Shown: positions 50,124 through 52,636 of the stretch, piece after piece
Numbering within the stretch: position 1 is the stretch's first letter
Layout: every line of letters begins with the position of its first letter
From: Dehalococcoidia bacterium
GTDB taxonomy: Bacteria; Chloroflexota; Dehalococcoidia; Lucifugimonadales; UBA3495
Assembly (NCBI GenBank): GCA_030740155.1
Contig: JASLXV010000037.1
Span: 1 to 52,636, forward strand
Direction of reading: 5' to 3'
DNA length: 52,636 nt
Program-made: the position numbers and the translations under genes
The notes under the pieces: model-generated
Database searches by the model: none
Seen by the model: only the letters and a program-made list of their open reading frames with translations
What the model was told of the DNA's origin: nothing

Positions 50124-50870
50124 TCCGAATTCTCCTCAACCGGACGATGTCGAAGCCCGGTACTGTATAATCAGTTATCGTGTCCTACTATCTATTATAT
50201 AACGTATTCAGTTCTACGCAAAGCGATTACTGCACAAAATATGCAATTGGCAAACCCGAGGAAGTGGTCATAGCAGCCACGGAAGGATTCAGGGCACTTG
50301 CTAACTACAACGGAGAATTCGGCAGAGTAGCAAGCGTGGACGGCGTAGCAGTAGGCGACAGGTTTCAGGTTTCCCGTTTTACCTATATAGGGTAGAAACT
50401 AGAAACGGGAATACGCCAGGATGGAGCGGTGGTGTCATCGTGGTAAATGAACGGGGATTAAGGGGGCCGTGTCCCCTACCCCCGAAACGCAGGTCCCCTT
50501 AATGGGGATGGCCCTCTTAACCGATATCACACGGCACGTTTATGCCTGGTGTTTCTAAATCCCCGTCATGCTCGGCAACCTGGTCGAGGGGACGAGTCGT
50601 GACCATATGGGCTGAGATAGTTCCCAACAGTCAATCTGCAGGGCAGGTGCGATTAAGAGGGCCATCTACTGTTCGAGAGAGGCTAAGTCAACAACGGGAG
50701 CAGCACAATGTTACCTTCAACTTGAGATCATCCGTTCTGCCGGCTCCCTGCTCTAAGCCCCTTCCCCAGGCTCCGGCGCCCAAGCGATCTATTGTTCTCG
50801 GCGGTACATCCCCCTCATAATGGCGTTTGGCGACGTATTCTCTTTAAGCCGCATTTTTTGGAGTTTTCTC

Positions 50871-51476
50871 ATGAGCCCGCGATCTTCAACCGTTCACCAC
50901 TTCGAGGTGGCTCTGCAGGAGGTAGAATCTAGAGTATGGCGAGGGATTCAGGTTCCCAGCGATTACAGCTTCTGGGATTTACACGTTGCCATCCAAGACG
51001 CGATGGGATGGCTTGACTACCATCTCCACGAGTTTGAGATTGCTAGTCCTACTACTGGGGAACTTGAGCGCATCGGGATTCCAATTGATGATTTTGATGA
51101 CGAGCAACCAGCTCTGCCTAGCTGGGAGGTGCAAATCTCTGACTACTTTTCCTCCGAGAATGCGTCAGCAACATATACCTACGACTTTGGTGACAATTGG
51201 CAACACACCGTCACGCTAAAGGAAGTAGTGGAGCGGATTCCAAGGATGAAGTACCCACGGTGTGTTGCAGGGAAGCGGGCGTGTCCTCCCGAAGATTGCG
51301 GTGGAGAGTCGGGCTATGAGGGGTTTCTGGATGCTATCCAGAATCCGCAGCATGAAGAACACGACAGAATGCTGGAATGGGTTGGCGGGAGCTTCGACCC
51401 GGAGGCATTCGACGCCAAGAGCGTCCACTTTGACGATCCGGGCGAGAGATGGAGAATCGCCTTCCGGGAAGGGTAA
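50871..51476 (+). CDS. Plasmid pRiA4b ORF3-like family protein
   Basis: VWRGIQVP, LHVAIQDAMGWLDYHLHEF, YTYDFGDNWQH, GKRACPPEDCGG, FDPEAFD motifs. Confidence 0.9.
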   Translation: MSPRSSTVHHFEVALQEVESRVWRGIQVPSDYSFWDLHVAIQDAMGWLDYHLHEFEIASPTTGELERIGIPIDDFDDEQPALPSWEVQISDYFSSENASATYTYDFGDNWQHTVTLKEVVERIPRMKYPRCVAGKRACPPEDCGGESGYEGFLDAIQNPQHEEHDRMLEWVGGSFDPEAFDAKSVHFDDPGERWRIAFREG

Positions 51477-51635
51477 CTGGCAGCTCACCCACCGTTGCCA
51501 TATCATCGGGTTAGCCGAAATGGGGAATCTCGGTTTATATGTCATCCCTGAATGTGGAGGCAGTCAGCTTCCAATAAACCCGTCTGGCTTAAACCTGGGG
51601 ACGTTGGAAGATTCACCTTCGAAGGAGTAAAAGTA

Positions 51636-51743
51636 ATGGGTGATAAGGGTGGTAAAAAGGATAAAGCCAAAAAGGAAAAACAGACAGCCGCAAAACATAC
51701 GCTAAAGGAAAAACGCAAAGTGAAAAAAGAGAAGCAGATTTAG
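51636..51743 (+). CDS. Small Lys-rich basic protein (35 aa)
   Basis: MGDKGGKKDKAKKEKQTAAKHTLKEKRKVKKEKQI with an AAGGAG SD 8 nt upstream. Confidence 0.6.
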   Translation: MGDKGGKKDKAKKEKQTAAKHTLKEKRKVKKEKQI

Positions 51744-51822
51744 GGCGCTTTCACCATGCGAAAGAAGAAGCGAGTTTGCTCACTCCGTTCCTCAGCAGCC
51801 GTGGCCTTGCATCGTCGAGAGA

Positions 51823-52636
51823 TGTCAAGGGCGCTGGGAAAGTGTACCAGGGGGGCGGAGCAAAACTGTACCACTGAACGCCGCAGCATGAGCATGGAAG
51901 TGTCGTGGTCTGCTGAAGCTTGGTTCTAGGCTATCGCCTGATCTCGGTTAGTCTTCCTGCTGTGTTTGAGGCGGTAGCTGTCCCCGTTCATCTCCAGGAT
52001 GTCGACATGGTGGGTGAGGCGGTCGAGGAGGGCTCCGGTCAGCCGCTCGGACCCAAAGATCTCGGTCCACTCGTCGAAGGGCAGGTTGGAGGTCACGAGA
52101 ACCGATCCTCGCTCGTAGCGCTGGCTAAACACCTCGAAGAGCAACTCGGCCCCAATCTTGGATAAGGGCACGAAGCCCAGTTCGTCAACGATCAGGAGCT
52201 TGAGACGTGCCAGCCTTCTCTGGAGGTTGAGCAGACGCCGTTCGTCCCTGGCCTCGATCAGCTCGTGGACCAGGGCGGCAGCGGTAGTGAAGCCAACGGA
52301 CAGTCCTCTCTGGCATGCGGCAAGACCGAGACCGAGGGCGACATGGGTCTTGCCGGTTCCGCTGTTGCCGAGCGCGATGACGTTGTGGTTGCGCTCGATA
52401 TACTCGCATCGAGCCAGCTCCAGCACCAGGGCCTTGTTGAGGGATGGCATCGATAGGAAGTCGAAGGTGTCGAGGCTCTTGGTAGTTGGGAAGCGGGCCT
52501 CTTTGATCCGCCGGTCCACCATGCGATGATGACGGTCGATCAGTTCCAGCTCCGATAGGCGCAATAAATAGTCCGGATGGTCAGCCCCCTCGACGGCGCA
52601 CTGGGTAGCCAGCTTGCCGTACTCCCTCAGGAACGT
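51823..52636 (-). mobile_element. IS21-family insertion sequence, right end; runs off the window
   Basis: Terminus TGTCAAGGGCG at 51823 with iterated AAA(G/C)TGTACCA boxes (51839-51849, 51863-51873), next to the istB stop. Confidence 0.88.
51926..52636 (-). CDS. istB: IS21 helper ATPase IstB, 5'-partial
   Basis: ARFP..KSLDTFDF, GNSGTGKTH, LIVDELGF, TSNLPFDEW, LLDRLTHH, GDSYR. The frame is open upstream of TTG52564 to the window edge. Confidence 0.95.
   Translation of the reverse strand, partial: TFLREYGKLATQCAVEGADHPDYLLRLSELELIDRHHRMVDRRIKEARFPTTKSLDTFDFLSMPSLNKALVLELARCEYIERNHNVIALGNSGTGKTHVALGLGLAACQRGLSVGFTTAAALVHELIEARDERRLLNLQRRLARLKLLIVDELGFVPLSKIGAELLFEVFSQRYERGSVLVTSNLPFDEWTEIFGSERLTGALLDRLTHHVDILEMNGDSYRLKHSRKTNRDQAIA

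Larger units (their letters stand above)
47813..52636. mobile_element. Integrative element / genomic island inserted in comEA; right boundary outside the window
   Basis: Abrupt change from GC-rich comEA sequence to AT-richer DNA at about 47813; serine integrase at the junction; HTH, pRiA4b ORF3 and IS21 cargo. Confidence 0.82.

Noticed and set aside
50507..50666. Retron msr-msd interpretation of the inverted-repeat-bounded segment
   Set aside because: No reverse transcriptase is present in the window; kept only as an unexplained structure.
50180..50820. 71-aa and 92-aa ORFs in the island spacer
   Set aside because: No convincing SD or motifs, and they overlap palindromic features better explained as non-coding.

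Overview
GC-rich bacterial chromosome segment. Gene content suggests Chloroflexota (Dehalococcoidia/SAR202-like), but that is inference only. Mobile DNA sits at both ends. Left: an IS3-family element inserted into the 5' end of a UPF0104/lysylphosphatidylglycerol-synthase-type membrane gene. Core: an orphan family-5 ABC substrate-binding lipoprotein; a sufBCDSU operon with a second sufU and an IscR-like operator; GNAT, tatD-lysR, DUF1802, aldo-keto reductase and ppdK; an SDR plus nucleoside hydrolase; a hopanoid cluster (polyprenyl synthase, hpnH, hpnG, hpnA, shc, hpnD) whose squalene-hopene cyclase is fused in frame to a complete YjbQ domain; mog, HIT, crotonase, acyl-CoA dehydrogenase; a mobA-nuoE-nuoF-fdhA formate dehydrogenase operon; a DUF4011-helicase-Vsr-DUF3320 (Hhe-like) protein with a duplicated domain and an altered nuclease site; a PAP2 protein lacking both catalytic His; plsY and ilvE. 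Right: a lower-GC element carrying a large serine recombinase has inserted inside comEA at the start of its helix-hairpin-helix domain. It also carries an excisionase-like HTH, an inverted-repeat-rich non-coding region, a pRiA4b ORF3 protein and an IS21 running off the window. At least six short palindromic repeat types occupy intergenic regions, and one copy appears inserted in frame in the formate dehydrogenase catalytic subunit. No rRNA, tRNA or CRISPR array was recognised. All calls come from motif recognition by eye; no searches were run.
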